DNA of 64,000 bases from Thermoanaerobaculia bacterium (GCA_035630815.1 DASQJY010000028.1:264187-328186), one strand, 5' to 3'. Counted from the stretch's first letter, positions 17,581 through 27,098 are shown. Notes: generated by a model from the sequence alone, not told the origin. A program made the numbers and translations.

Positions 17581-17814
17581 ATGCGCCAGCTCGCACGTGA
17601 CCCGTTTGGCCGCACCACGCTCATGCGCGAAGTAGTCCGACCGCTCGCGCCGGGGCAGATTTGCTCGTGGTGCGGCAACGTGCGGATGTCGCGTCGATCC
17701 CGCACGCCCTTCCTGTATCGCTACGGCACAGAGCCGGACCCGGTACGCCCCCGGATGCAGTGGCACGACGGAGCGTTCTGCTCGAAATCCTGCCACGACA
17801 CCTACCACCACTAA
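17581..17814 (+). CDS. small Cys/His-rich hypothetical protein
   Basis: ATG at 17581 preceded by GGAGAAAGG. ICSWCGN...FCSKSCHDTYHH suggests a zinc-binding fold. Confidence 0.4.
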   Translation: MRQLARDPFGRTTLMREVVRPLAPGQICSWCGNVRMSRRSRTPFLYRYGTEPDPVRPRMQWHDGAFCSKSCHDTYHH

Positions 17815-17846
17815 CCCCACAACCGACAACCGAAAAGGAGATCGTC

Positions 17847-19496
17847 ATGGCCCAACCCGAGGCCGCACGCTGTCAGTCCGTCTCGCTCGCGCAGCTCCGC
17901 GAGTCGCCCTTCAACCCGCGCAAGCACTACGACGAAGGAGGGCTCAACGAGCTCGCGGCGAGCATCGCCGATCGCGGCATCTTGCAGCCGCTCCTCGTCC
18001 GTCGCATCGAGGACGAGAAAACGCCCTACGAGATCGTCGCCGGGCATCGCCGCTCCCGCGCCGCGAAGATCGCGAAGCTCACCACCATCCCCGTGATCGT
18101 TCACGAGTTCACCGATCGCGAAGTCCGGCAGGTGCAGCTCATCGAGAACGCGCAGCGCATCGATCTCTCTCCGCTTGAGGAGGCGGAGGCGTACGCCGCG
18201 CTGCGCGAGCTGGGGCTCTCCACCCGCGACGTCGCCGAGCAGGTGAAGAAGAAGCCCTCGCACGTCGCCGCGCGCCTGACCCTCACGACCCTCCCCGAGA
18301 AGGTGAAGAAGGAGCTGGCGGCCGGCGTCATCACCGCGGAGCACGCGGAGCTGATCGGGCTCATCCCGAACGCCGAGCTGCAAGAGCAGGCCCTCAAACG
18401 CATCATCGTGGAGCACCCGCTCGAACCGCATTTCTCGTCCAGGGTCGCGAGAGGGGCCGTCCCGATCGCGAAGGCGCGCCGCATCGTGGAAGCGGAGTTC
18501 ATGACCGTTCTCGAGAACGCGCCCTTCGACATCGCGGACCCGACGCTCTCGCCCCTCGGCGCGTGCGCCACGTGTCCCTTCCGCTCCGGCAACGATCGTG
18601 ACCTGTTCGGGAGCGTTTCGGGCAAGAACGTCTGCACGAACCTCGCGGATTACCGGCTCAAGATCGAGAACCACCTCAAGCGGCTCCGCGAGCAGGGCGC
18701 AACCGTCCTGCTCACACCGCGCGAGGTGAAAGAGGTCTTTCCGTTCGGCAACCCGCAGGTCGCGGACGGCTACGTGGATTTGGAGGCGAAGTGCGCCGAC
18801 GATCCGAAGAGCCGCACCTACGACCAGCTCCTCGCCGCGGAGCCGAAGCGCTCGACGGTGTTCGCGTTCGTGAACGGCCGCCTGCGCCGGGTCTTCCCGA
18901 AAGCGCAACTCGCGGCCGCCCTCGACACGTCCGGCCACGAGTTCCTGCGGCGCAAGGCCGAACGCCCGGCGGGTAACGACGCCGAGCGGGAAGCGCGTCA
19001 GCAGCAGAAGATCGACCGCGCCGTGCGGCAAGCGACCCTCGCCGCCTTCGCTGCGGCCATTCCGAAGGCGAAGCTCGGCCTCTCGGAGTGGATTGATCTT
19101 CTCGCCTCCATCGTCATCGAGGAGAAGGGCTGGCAGCTCGAAGACGTGCTCCCGCGGCACGGCTTCGGCGGCAAGCGTGACGCTCTCAAAGGCAAGTGCG
19201 AGGAGACGGGCAAGAAGCTCGTTGCGAAGATGAACGACGCGCAAAAGCGCGCCTTCGTCATCGACGCGCTCATGCACACCTGGGCCGGTCCGAACGCCGA
19301 CGCCGGCAAGCGGGCCGTCTTCGCCAAGGTGGTCGCGCAACTCGGCATCGACGCCAAGGCAATCGAGCGGAAGGTGCGCGCGAGCTTCGCTGCCAAGGCT
19401 GCGGGGAAACCCAAGGCGAAGGAAGCGAACGCCGCGCGTCCCGTGCGGAAGAAAGTCGTGCGTCCCGCGGCGAAAGTCGTACGGGCGCGCGCCTGA
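17847..19496 (+). CDS. ParB/Srx-like N-terminal nuclease/CTPase-fold domain protein with long C-terminal extension and Lys/Ala/Pro-rich tail
   Basis: LRESPFNPRK...LAASIADRGILQPLLVRR...YEIVAGHRRSRAAKIA...VQLIENAQRIDLSPLEEAEAY (ParBc motifs). ATG at 17847 preceded by AAAGGAG. Tail KAAGKPKAKEANAARPVRKKVVRPAAKVVRARA. Confidence 0.85.
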   Translation: MAQPEAARCQSVSLAQLRESPFNPRKHYDEGGLNELAASIADRGILQPLLVRRIEDEKTPYEIVAGHRRSRAAKIAKLTTIPVIVHEFTDREVRQVQLIENAQRIDLSPLEEAEAYAALRELGLSTRDVAEQVKKKPSHVAARLTLTTLPEKVKKELAAGVITAEHAELIGLIPNAELQEQALKRIIVEHPLEPHFSSRVARGAVPIAKARRIVEAEFMTVLENAPFDIADPTLSPLGACATCPFRSGNDRDLFGSVSGKNVCTNLADYRLKIENHLKRLREQGATVLLTPREVKEVFPFGNPQVADGYVDLEAKCADDPKSRTYDQLLAAEPKRSTVFAFVNGRLRRVFPKAQLAAALDTSGHEFLRRKAERPAGNDAEREARQQQKIDRAVRQATLAAFAAAIPKAKLGLSEWIDLLASIVIEEKGWQLEDVLPRHGFGGKRDALKGKCEETGKKLVAKMNDAQKRAFVIDALMHTWAGPNADAGKRAVFAKVVAQLGIDAKAIERKVRASFAAKAAGKPKAKEANAARPVRKKVVRPAAKVVRARA

Positions 19497-19512
19497 CCGG
19501 AGGGCTGATGCG

Positions 19513-19731
19513 ATGGCACGGTTCTACGGCGAAGTCGAAGGCACGCGCGGTCGCGCGTCGCGCCTCGGCGCTTCGGGCATGCGGTCCCACACCCGCGGCT
19601 GGAACGTGGGGGTGGAGGTCGTCTGCACGATCCGCGACGGCGCGGACGTGATCGAGGTCTATGAGACCGGCGGCAGCCACGCGCCCAGCGCGAAACGGCT
19701 GCTCGCGACGGTCACGGAACGCAAGGAGTAG
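19513..19731 (+). CDS. hypothetical small protein
   Basis: 72-aa ORF. GGAGGG lies ~9 nt upstream of the ATG. A strong terminator follows directly. Confidence 0.4.
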   Translation: MARFYGEVEGTRGRASRLGASGMRSHTRGWNVGVEVVCTIRDGADVIEVYETGGSHAPSAKRLLATVTERKE

Positions 19732-19738
19732 TTGTCTT

Positions 19739-19772
19739 GGGGGCGGCCGGTTTCGGCCGCCCCTCTTTGTTT
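19739..19772 (+). terminator. rho-independent terminator
   Basis: ggggcggccg-gttt-cggccgcccc, a perfect 10-bp GC stem, followed by tctttgttt. Confidence 0.75.
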
Positions 19773-19842
19773 GGAAGGTAGGGATTTTCGCCTCCGTGTC
19801 ACTCCCACCTCTAGAGAGGTTCAACGCTTCATGGAGGAGAAA

Positions 19843-20571
19843 ATGCGCAAATCGTTCTACGTCGGCTCACTCGCGGCTTTTTTCATGGCATGTGCGTCAG
19901 TCACCGTGACACCCCTGGCGCCGGATGGAACTGCGCTGACGGGGAAAGCAGAAGGAGTTCGGTACTACTTGCCGAAACCCTATCTACTGGTCACGGAACT
20001 TCCTTCCGAGACGGCGTCTAGCACGCCAGCGACCAATGCGCCCAAGTCGTCGAACCAAGTGCCGGCACCCCAAAATCCGGCCGTACCGTCACCCTTCACA
20101 CCGCCGCCGGGCGGTGACGGCGGCGAAAAGAAGGAAGATGCCTCTGCAGCGGGAGCGCCTTCAACGAACACGAGCTTCGCGGCGTCCAATTCGCGGTACG
20201 TCCTGAAACTTATCTACTTGCCGGACCTGGAACATCCCATGAGCATCAGAATCCGGGCCGGCTTGGGAACCGCGCAGATGAAACCGACGCTTCAGGATGG
20301 ATGGATGCTGACCGGACTTGACGCCAGCGCGGACGCAAAGACGGCCGAGATTCTCACCTCCATCGCAGGAATCATCGGTGCGATCAAGGGCGGCGGAGGC
20401 GACGCAGGCGGCGGCGCACCTGGCGGTGGTCCCGGCCAGGAGCGTGATTGTGAACTATGCTACTCCCCAACCGTACTTCGTCCAGGCCTGTATAAATTCG
20501 TCTACGACGACAAGGGCATGCTTACCGATCTAGTGCCCGTAAGGTTGTTCGACAGCAAGACGATGAAGTAG
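19843..20571 (+). CDS. lipoprotein, function unknown (Pro/Gly-rich low-complexity segments)
   Basis: MRKSFYVGSLAAFFMACAS has a lipobox-like FMAC. GGAGGAG lies 4 nt upstream of the ATG at 19843. The terminator at 19739-19772 excludes the longer listed ORF start. Confidence 0.65.
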   Translation: MRKSFYVGSLAAFFMACASVTVTPLAPDGTALTGKAEGVRYYLPKPYLLVTELPSETASSTPATNAPKSSNQVPAPQNPAVPSPFTPPPGGDGGEKKEDASAAGAPSTNTSFAASNSRYVLKLIYLPDLEHPMSIRIRAGLGTAQMKPTLQDGWMLTGLDASADAKTAEILTSIAGIIGAIKGGGGDAGGGAPGGGPGQERDCELCYSPTVLRPGLYKFVYDDKGMLTDLVPVRLFDSKTMK

Positions 20572-20623
20572 TGGTTACTAGCACGAGTAATACCCAATAA
20601 GCCCCAACGCCGGAGGACCTACG

Positions 20624-21163
20624 GTGGCTCTTCGAACAAGCTCGCCCGTTCCAATCGCGTCTGTCGCTCCGCCGCCCGGCGGTGGAGCGGACACGCCCCT
20701 CGCTGTCCCGTATCGATCGCAGAAACCATTCTTAAACCTTTGCTGGGCAGCGTGTTGCCAGATGGTGTTTGAATACTACGGGCGCGTAGTACAGCTCTGC
20801 CAAGTGGCCGCAACCGTCTACGGCGCTCATTGCTGCGATAATCTCGCGACGTGCGATCGGGCGACATGGCCCGAAACGGTGTACTCGCAGCCGATATGGC
20901 ATTTCAAATGGCAGCGCATCGACCGTCCGTTCACGTTTGGGAACATTGAGTTCGAGATCAACGCGGGTCGGCCGATTCACGCTTATTATCAGTGGGCCGG
21001 TGGTGGCTCGCATGTCGCCGTCGTGAGCGGCTACTACTCGAATGGCGATGTTGAGGTGCTTGATCCCTTATTTGGACAAGGCCGCCTCAGTTACCGGTAT
21101 GTTTTTGGCGCCTACGGCCACGGCGCGTGGAGCAAGTCCTACTTCCAGCTGGAGCCTCAATAA
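20624..21163 (+). CDS. papain-like cysteine peptidase (C39/C70 AvrRpt2-like pattern)
   Basis: YRSQKPFLNLCWAACCQMVF (Gln + Cys-Trp catalytic context), GGGSHVAVVSGYYSNGDVEVLDP (His, Asp). GTG start preceded by GGAGGA. Confidence 0.6.
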   Translation: MALRTSSPVPIASVAPPPGGGADTPLAVPYRSQKPFLNLCWAACCQMVFEYYGRVVQLCQVAATVYGAHCCDNLATCDRATWPETVYSQPIWHFKWQRIDRPFTFGNIEFEINAGRPIHAYYQWAGGGSHVAVVSGYYSNGDVEVLDPLFGQGRLSYRYVFGAYGHGAWSKSYFQLEPQ

Positions 21164-21759
21164 TGGTCAGGCACTACACGCTTCCGGAAAATACGCGCGC
21201 GACCATTGCGCGACAGCTCGCTGAGCGGCTCACACCAGCCGCGCAGATTCTCGCAATGGACGGCGGCAGGATGGCGCTAGCAGAGGACTTCCCGATATCC
21301 ACCCTGCAGCTTGAGAGCGTCCGGAGCAGCCAGGATAACCTCGCGCATATGCTGCACCGAACAGAGTATTGGCATCACCAAGTTCGGCACGGTGAGGTGG
21401 CGAGGGAATTCGCCACATCCACGCCAATTGGGCCCCTGGAATCGGACTGGCGAGTAGAAGGTGTATTCACGTCTGACATCGCTTCGCAATTAGATAGCGT
21501 GATCCTGTGGGTTGACGAGGCGGTGAAGGACGACGGCCTAGCCGAACTGTTGTATGCGCCGGCATACGGTCTCGTGGCGCTCTGGTGGCGTCCGGAGGCA
21601 GGAAACGACGTCGCGGTAGTTGTCGTCGATATGCCCGAAGTTTTTACGCATCTAGCCTATCGGCACGTCTATTCCGGAAGGGAGTTCTTGGAGAGGCTTC
21701 GGCAGGAACCATTCATTCAAGGCACGCCCGAAGAGTCTCCCATCGGAAGTAGCGACTGA
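21163..21759 (+). CDS. hypothetical protein translationally coupled to the peptidase
   Basis: The ATG overlaps the upstream TAA (TAATG). ~198 aa, no recognisable motif. Confidence 0.5.
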   Translation: MVRHYTLPENTRATIARQLAERLTPAAQILAMDGGRMALAEDFPISTLQLESVRSSQDNLAHMLHRTEYWHHQVRHGEVAREFATSTPIGPLESDWRVEGVFTSDIASQLDSVILWVDEAVKDDGLAELLYAPAYGLVALWWRPEAGNDVAVVVVDMPEVFTHLAYRHVYSGREFLERLRQEPFIQGTPEESPIGSSD

Positions 21760-21890
21760 TGAAGGACGGACCCGACAGCATGCACGCTTGGCGTGAATCT
21801 CTCGCGGCTTCTTTGCGGAACGCCGGAGAACGATTCGAACGATTCGGCGTGTTGCCACAGCACCTCAAGGATGAATAGTTTGCCAATGGC

Positions 21891-23465
21891 CTACCATGCC
21901 GTGCTATCCCCGAGCGGCGGCTCGGTGAGCTTGACGTCCCCTAGAAAGAATTTCGCAACATCAGTCCATAAACTCCACCACTCGTGAGACTGGCCACGAT
22001 CGGCAACGATCGCGGCCGGTTTCAGCACATCTACTTGCGGTTCCTGGCCCGCGGCTTCGATTTGGAACCCAAGTGCGCGGAGGAAGAAGCGCTTCTCCGC
22101 GACCGGCAGCGTCTCGAACAACGAATCCGCATCCACAAGCGACGCGAGGAACGTTCGCGCGTTTTGGAACTTTTCTGCGAGGTCGCCCTCCGCGTGCGCG
22201 GCGGTCAGCATCGCCTCGGCGCGGCGGCCGGCGAGCTCGCGGCGTTTGAAGTCGTAGTCATCCTGCGTGATCGTCGCGGCGAGGAGCAGATCGAGGAGCC
22301 GTGATTGCTGCGCGTCGAGCTGCTTAATCTCCGTCTCTGCGCGTGCCTTCTGTTGGGCAAGCTGCGTCTGCCCTCGTTGCTCGGCGTCCTGCAGGATGCG
22401 AAACGCCATCGCGTACTCTTCCTCCGTGATCGCGAGACGATGCAGCACCGCGGCAACATCGCGCAGGAGCGCCGTCTCGGAGAGCCGTGGCTGCGTACAG
22501 CGGCGGCGCATCTTGTTGCTGCACACGTAGTACGTGTACGGCTTGCCCGACTTCGACTTCGTGATCGTGCCGGTGAGCGTCCGCCCGCAACCACGACAGC
22601 GAACGAGCCCGCCGAGCGTGAACAGGTGCCGCTGCGGACGGTCCGTGCTCTTTCTGCGCTGGCCGAGCGCGCGCTGCACCCGCTCGAACAGTTCGTCGGA
22701 GACGAGCGGCTCGTGGGTGCCGGGATAGACCTCCCCCTTCACGACGAGGAGGCCACGGTAGAACGGGTTCGTGAGGATGTGGACGACGGTGGTGTGCGAA
22801 AGGCCGAGCTTCGTCGAGTTCACGCGGCGCTGCGGCTTCCGCACCTTCCACTCGTCGCGCGTGATGCGGGCGAGCGCGTCGATGCTGTACGCGCCCGTCG
22901 CGGCGAGGGCGAAGAGTTGCCGCACGTGAGGCGCCATCTCTTCATCAACAGCGATGACCGCGCGGTCGGCGCTCAGACGCACGTTCTTGTAGCCGAACGG
23001 CGCAGTCCACGCCCATTCGCCGCGCCGCAGCTTCTCCTCCATCCCGCGGCGGATGTTCTTCGAGAGATCCTTTGAATACTTGGCGGAGAAGCCAAGGAGG
23101 ATGCCGAGCATCAGCTCCGAATCGGCGTCGTCCGCGTACACGCCGTCCGAGGTGATGATCCGTTTGAGGCGCTTTGATTCGAGCGCGAAGAGAACGGCGC
23201 CGGCATCGGCGGCGTTTCGCGCGAGGCGGTCTGCTTTCCAGCAGATGATCGTGTCCACCTCCCCCTTCCCGACGGCCGCCATCATCCGCCCGAACTCCAC
23301 GCGTCCGGGCTTCTTCGCCGACTTCGCCTCCTTGAAGATCAGCGGCTCACGAATGCCGTTCTTCGCGCACGTCTCCACGGCCCAGTGAAGCTGGGCGTCG
23401 AGGCTCAGTGCTTGACGGTCGTCGGACTCGCTCGACTTGCGAGCGTAGATGGCGGTACGGGGCAT
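21891..23465 (-). CDS. large serine recombinase (resolvase domain + recombinase domain + zinc ribbon + coiled coil)
   Basis: N-terminus TAIYARKSSESDDRQALSLDAQ (catalytic Ser context), DTIICWKADRLARN. CRGCGRTLTG...YYVCSNK zinc-ribbon region. Long helical C-terminus. Confidence 0.92.
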   Translation of the reverse strand: MPRTAIYARKSSESDDRQALSLDAQLHWAVETCAKNGIREPLIFKEAKSAKKPGRVEFGRMMAAVGKGEVDTIICWKADRLARNAADAGAVLFALESKRLKRIITSDGVYADDADSELMLGILLGFSAKYSKDLSKNIRRGMEEKLRRGEWAWTAPFGYKNVRLSADRAVIAVDEEMAPHVRQLFALAATGAYSIDALARITRDEWKVRKPQRRVNSTKLGLSHTTVVHILTNPFYRGLLVVKGEVYPGTHEPLVSDELFERVQRALGQRRKSTDRPQRHLFTLGGLVRCRGCGRTLTGTITKSKSGKPYTYYVCSNKMRRRCTQPRLSETALLRDVAAVLHRLAITEEEYAMAFRILQDAEQRGQTQLAQQKARAETEIKQLDAQQSRLLDLLLAATITQDDYDFKRRELAGRRAEAMLTAAHAEGDLAEKFQNARTFLASLVDADSLFETLPVAEKRFFLRALGFQIEAAGQEPQVDVLKPAAIVADRGQSHEWWSLWTDVAKFFLGDVKLTEPPLGDSTAW

Positions 23466-23964
23466 GGATGGACGGGAGGATCAGGAGGTGCCGGATCAGC
23501 GACGCGGTCGAGCGCGCGGAGCGCAATGGCGAACGCCCAGAGGAGTTGCCGGTACTGGCGCAGTTCCTCGGCCGTTCCCTCCCTCCCCAATCGCTTCGCC
23601 AGGAGCGCCGGGAGCTCGCGCTCGATGTCGGGGGAGAAGGTATCCGGAGCCGCGATCGGCAGGGGTGCGTCAGGGAGCATGGGCTGCGCGGCAAGGACGG
23701 CGGCGCACCCGAGGCCGGATCATACGCTTCGAGCCGCGACACGCAAGAGTGATCCGTGCCTGCGGGGCACGTGTGCTACGCGAACGCACCGCGTCAGGAT
23801 GCGATCGCGGTGTGCCCCCGCGGCACATCCAGCGCAGGACGCATCGCACAGAGCGCGCACCCCATCGGATGATGCGGTCGAGCCATCTCCGATGAACACC
23901 GCACTGCACACACATCGACTGCACGTTCTCACGGTAGACGCTCGGGCGTCTGGTTCGGAGCGCC

Positions 23965-25287
23965 GTGCGGCATCTTGGAGAACTCCTGTCCGACTTCGCC
24001 CGCGCGTTCTGCCATCGAAGCGTCGGATCGCGCACGGACAAATCCTCTCCAATCGACGCACGTCGTCTCCGTCAGGCGGAGGGCCGCGCCGTAGGCTTTG
24101 CAGTGCAGCACGCCGGTCGAATCGCTTCCTTCCTCCCACCCATGTCTCCTGATCCTCGCGAACGTGATCTTGGGGTCTCGCCCCCTCCCCCTGTCTTCGC
24201 CGCGCTGCCAGTGTCGAGCGAAGCACCGGCAGACAGTAATAGTCACGCCGAAGCGACGGGCGAAAGCGATGGTGCCAAGCGGTGGAAGACACCCGCGGGG
24301 GTGTCTCGCCGGGAAGACAGGCGGAAAGACACCCCTCCCTCTGGTGTCTTCGCTACCCCTTCCTCCAATGGGCTGTCTGTCTTCGACGGTCCCGAGGTGC
24401 CCCGTGACCGCGAAGCCATCCTCCACCTCGTGCGCATGCGGGCGCTCTCCTACGACCAGCTTGCGCGGCTCACGTATCACGGCGTGCATAAGACGGTCGC
24501 GCAACGTCGGATGCGCAAGCTCCGCGCATCGGGTTGGGTTCACGTGTGGGATAAGCCGGTGGCCGCCGGAAGTGGCCCCCGCTATGCCTATCCGACACAG
24601 CAGGCGTTTCGATGGGGTCACGAGCGGCTGCACGGCGTCCTCGAGACGCCGATCGGCCGTCTGGTCGAGCACATGTTGCCGAAAAACCCGCGGCAGCCGT
24701 GGGACTTCAAAACCGGGGTGACGCCCACGTTCCTCGCGCATACCGAGGAGGTCAATGACCTCGCGATCGCCTGGCGCCGCGCGCTCCCGGCCGAAGTCGT
24801 GTGGATGTCCACGTGGGATGTGCCGTTCCCGGAGCACATCGCATGGCGGCAGATGCCGCAGCCGGACTACGTGCTCGTGTTCCGACGTGACGGGCGGCTC
24901 CACGTCGTCTTCGGGGAGCACGACCGATCGACCGAGCCGGTGCACGAGCTCGCGCGGAAGCTCGGAGTGTACCGCGCGTGGTTCGAGACACCGGACGTGC
25001 TCGCGGAGACGCTCGGGTTCTCCACGTTCACGCTGCTCCTCACCGTCACAGGGGACGCGCCGATGCGTCGGCTCATCCGGCTCTCGGAAACCGCACGAGA
25101 TAGCGGCGCCGCGGCCTTTACGCGGCTCTCCCTTTTCCCGTGGGCCGTCGCGCAGCCGCACGGTGCAGCGTGGTTCCACCCCGACGAACCGCCCACGTCC
25201 ACACATCCTGACCTGAGCGGACATCCCGCCGCGCGTCGGCTCGCCCTTCCCGCCATCACATCCCTTCCCCCGCAGAACCATGCTTGA
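23965..25287 (+). CDS. Replication-relaxation (PF13814-like) winged-helix protein, copy A; true start uncertain (candidates ATG 24142, GTG 24397)
   Basis: PRDREAILHLVRMRALSYDQLARLTYHGVHKTVAQRRMRKLRASGWVHVW...YAYPTQQA parallels copy B (31669-32370) and the family pattern. The antisense ORF 23929-25281 is R/G/P-rich. Confidence 0.65.
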   Translation: MRHLGELLSDFARAFCHRSVGSRTDKSSPIDARRLRQAEGRAVGFAVQHAGRIASFLPPMSPDPRERDLGVSPPPPVFAALPVSSEAPADSNSHAEATGESDGAKRWKTPAGVSRREDRRKDTPPSGVFATPSSNGLSVFDGPEVPRDREAILHLVRMRALSYDQLARLTYHGVHKTVAQRRMRKLRASGWVHVWDKPVAAGSGPRYAYPTQQAFRWGHERLHGVLETPIGRLVEHMLPKNPRQPWDFKTGVTPTFLAHTEEVNDLAIAWRRALPAEVVWMSTWDVPFPEHIAWRQMPQPDYVLVFRRDGRLHVVFGEHDRSTEPVHELARKLGVYRAWFETPDVLAETLGFSTFTLLLTVTGDAPMRRLIRLSETARDSGAAAFTRLSLFPWAVAQPHGAAWFHPDEPPTSTHPDLSGHPAARRLALPAITSLPPQNHA

Positions 25288-25492
25288 CGAACTCTATTGC
25301 GGCTTCTGCGACCGCCTCATGCCGCGCGGCCTCGACGCCTGTCCGTCGTGTGGCGCCCCGGTTTTCGAGCTTGCGATGGACCCGCTCGATGCGGAGCTCC
25401 CACCGCCGCGGTTCGACGTAGCCGCTGAACTCCTCGATCCTGACGCACCGCAGCCCACCACAGTAGATAGTGGTGTGTCCGCTCACCCTTGA
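25280..25492 (+). CDS. small zinc-ribbon protein
   Basis: YCGFCDRLMPRGLDACPSCGAPVF. Its ATG overlaps the end of the upstream gene. Confidence 0.45.
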   Translation: MLDELYCGFCDRLMPRGLDACPSCGAPVFELAMDPLDAELPPPRFDVAAELLDPDAPQPTTVDSGVSAHP

Positions 25493-25660
25493 CCACATGA
25501 CCCGAGGATGTCGTAAACATCGACGACACGAGAGCCGCGGTGTCTCGCTCCGCACCAGCCCCGCAGGGCTTGCGCAACGGTCGGAATGGCGTTCAATGGA
25601 GGGAGAACCTACATCCACCCTACACGCTCCGGCGCTTCAGTTGTCCCCTCTGGCCAGCCT

Positions 25661-26380
25661 ATGAACCGCCCCGCCCTCCTCATCCGCGAAGTCATGCGGC
25701 TCACGCAGGAGCGCAACTGGACGCCTACCGTCGTTGCGCAGCAGCTCGGCGTGGATGAGGAGACGTGGCGGCACATTCGCGCCGGGCGAAGTCCCGTCTC
25801 CATGAATCTCCTCCTCGCGATCGGGCGGGTCTTCGGCGGCGAACCCGCGATCCAGTCGGCGATCGTCCACTACACGGTGATCGATGGGCAGAAGGAACAT
25901 CCGCCGAAAGCGGCTGCATGCACGGCGACTGCGGAGCTGCCGCACGCGCAGCGCTGGCGAATCGATCGATGGCTCGCGACGCTCCGAACGACCGACCTGC
26001 CACCGCGAGGCCTCTTCCTCACCGGGCCGGCGCCGCTCCTCACGCGCGGCCTTCGCGCTGTCGTCGCGAGCTGCGCTGCGCGAGGAGTGCGAACGCACAC
26101 CATCCGCGGGAGCGACCAGCTTGCGGGCTCGCATGCGCGCGCCGCGGTCGAGGCCGAACTGCTCCTCGTGGAGCGCGTGGATTTCGCGTCGGATGCGGTG
26201 AAGAAGCTCCTCGACGAGCGGTCCGACACCCTGCGTCCGTTCGTCGTGACGAGCATCGTCGATCGTGAAGAGATCGCGGACGCGTATCTCCGCCGCCTCC
26301 TTCGCACGTGGACACGCCTCATTCGCCTCCGGCCGGACGCCGGAACCACCCACCCCACACGCCATGCTCGACGCGCCTGA
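25661..26380 (+). CDS. HTH (XRE-like) domain protein
   Basis: LIREVMRLTQERNWTPTVVAQQLGVDEETWRHIRAGRSPVSMNLLLAIGRVF from the ATG at 25661. Confidence 0.5.
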   Translation: MNRPALLIREVMRLTQERNWTPTVVAQQLGVDEETWRHIRAGRSPVSMNLLLAIGRVFGGEPAIQSAIVHYTVIDGQKEHPPKAAACTATAELPHAQRWRIDRWLATLRTTDLPPRGLFLTGPAPLLTRGLRAVVASCAARGVRTHTIRGSDQLAGSHARAAVEAELLLVERVDFASDAVKKLLDERSDTLRPFVVTSIVDREEIADAYLRRLLRTWTRLIRLRPDAGTTHPTRHARRA

Positions 26381-27098
26381 TCCAACACGGCTCTTCTTCC
26401 TCGGGCCACGGAACGCGCCGGTCGAAGAACTCTCGATCGTGCCGGTGGACTTCGCGCACCTCTTCTCGCTCATTCCGCACGTCGGACGCAATGCCGCGGT
26501 CCTGTACGTCGCGATCCGGGCCATGCGGCAGCGCGCAGGCGTCACTTCGTTTGCGATCAATGACCTCGCATGGATGCTCCGCGCGCGTCCGATCCGGATT
26601 CGCCTGTGGATGCAACGGCTGGCGCGGGAAGGGCTGCTCGTCTACCACATGACGAACGGCAGCTTCTCGGACGTGCTCCTGCTGGAAGTCGCGGCACGTC
26701 CGGACGCCGGCCGCACGCACGACCTCCCGACGCACTGGGTGCCGCACGTGCTGCCGCGCCTCAATCGGACGCGGTTCCTCGTCTACTTGTGGGTGCGGAG
26801 CCATGAGTGGGGCGGCCACACGGCCGAGGTTCGGGAGGAGCGGCTCGCGCGCGAGCTCGCCCTGCATCCGGTCCGCGCGCGCTTTCACCTGTGGCGCCTG
26901 CGGCACGCCGGGCTCGTCGTCTGGAGCCGGAAGCGGCGCGAGTTCACCGTTCGCGATCCGGCGCCGCTCTCGATCCCGCAGCAGGCCGCACTCCGACTGC
27001 GGGAACTGCGCGTTATCCCGTGGGTCGCGTTTCAGGTCGTACTCGCGATCGCAATGGGCGTCGCGCTCACGCTCTTCATCCTTCACCTTCGCCAGTAA
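26364..27098 (+). CDS. double winged-helix protein with C-terminal TM anchor
   Basis: FAINDLAWMLRARPIRIRLWMQRLAREGLLVYH and LARELALHPVRARFHLWRLRHAGLVVW. C-terminal WVAFQVVLAIAMGVALTLFILHL. Confidence 0.5.
   Translation: MLDAPDPTRLFFLGPRNAPVEELSIVPVDFAHLFSLIPHVGRNAAVLYVAIRAMRQRAGVTSFAINDLAWMLRARPIRIRLWMQRLAREGLLVYHMTNGSFSDVLLLEVAARPDAGRTHDLPTHWVPHVLPRLNRTRFLVYLWVRSHEWGGHTAEVREERLARELALHPVRARFHLWRLRHAGLVVWSRKRREFTVRDPAPLSIPQQAALRLRELRVIPWVAFQVVLAIAMGVALTLFILHLRQ

Noticed and set aside
17811-19340. 509-aa minus-strand ORF antisense to the ParB-like gene
   Set aside because: It is a shadow ORF (R/G/E/L-rich, no motif). The plus-strand frame carries clear ParBc motifs and a good RBS.
21815-21840. 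'gattcgaac' match to the tRNA T-arm in the gap before the serine recombinase gene
   Set aside because: The 9-nt identity has no flanking similarity to the tRNA. It forms a local tandem gaacgattc-gaacgattc and is most likely chance.
23929-25281. 450-aa minus-strand ORF antisense to Replication-relaxation gene A
   Set aside because: Its composition is R/G/P-rich and it has no motif. The plus-strand frame parallels the independently supported copy B.
26807-27097. N-terminal 97-codon extension of ATPase A in the listed ORF
   Set aside because: The extension overlaps the preceding wHTH/TM gene out of frame and is Arg/Ala/Gly/Pro-rich. The ATG at 27098 forms a TAATG junction and gives a sensible N-terminus.
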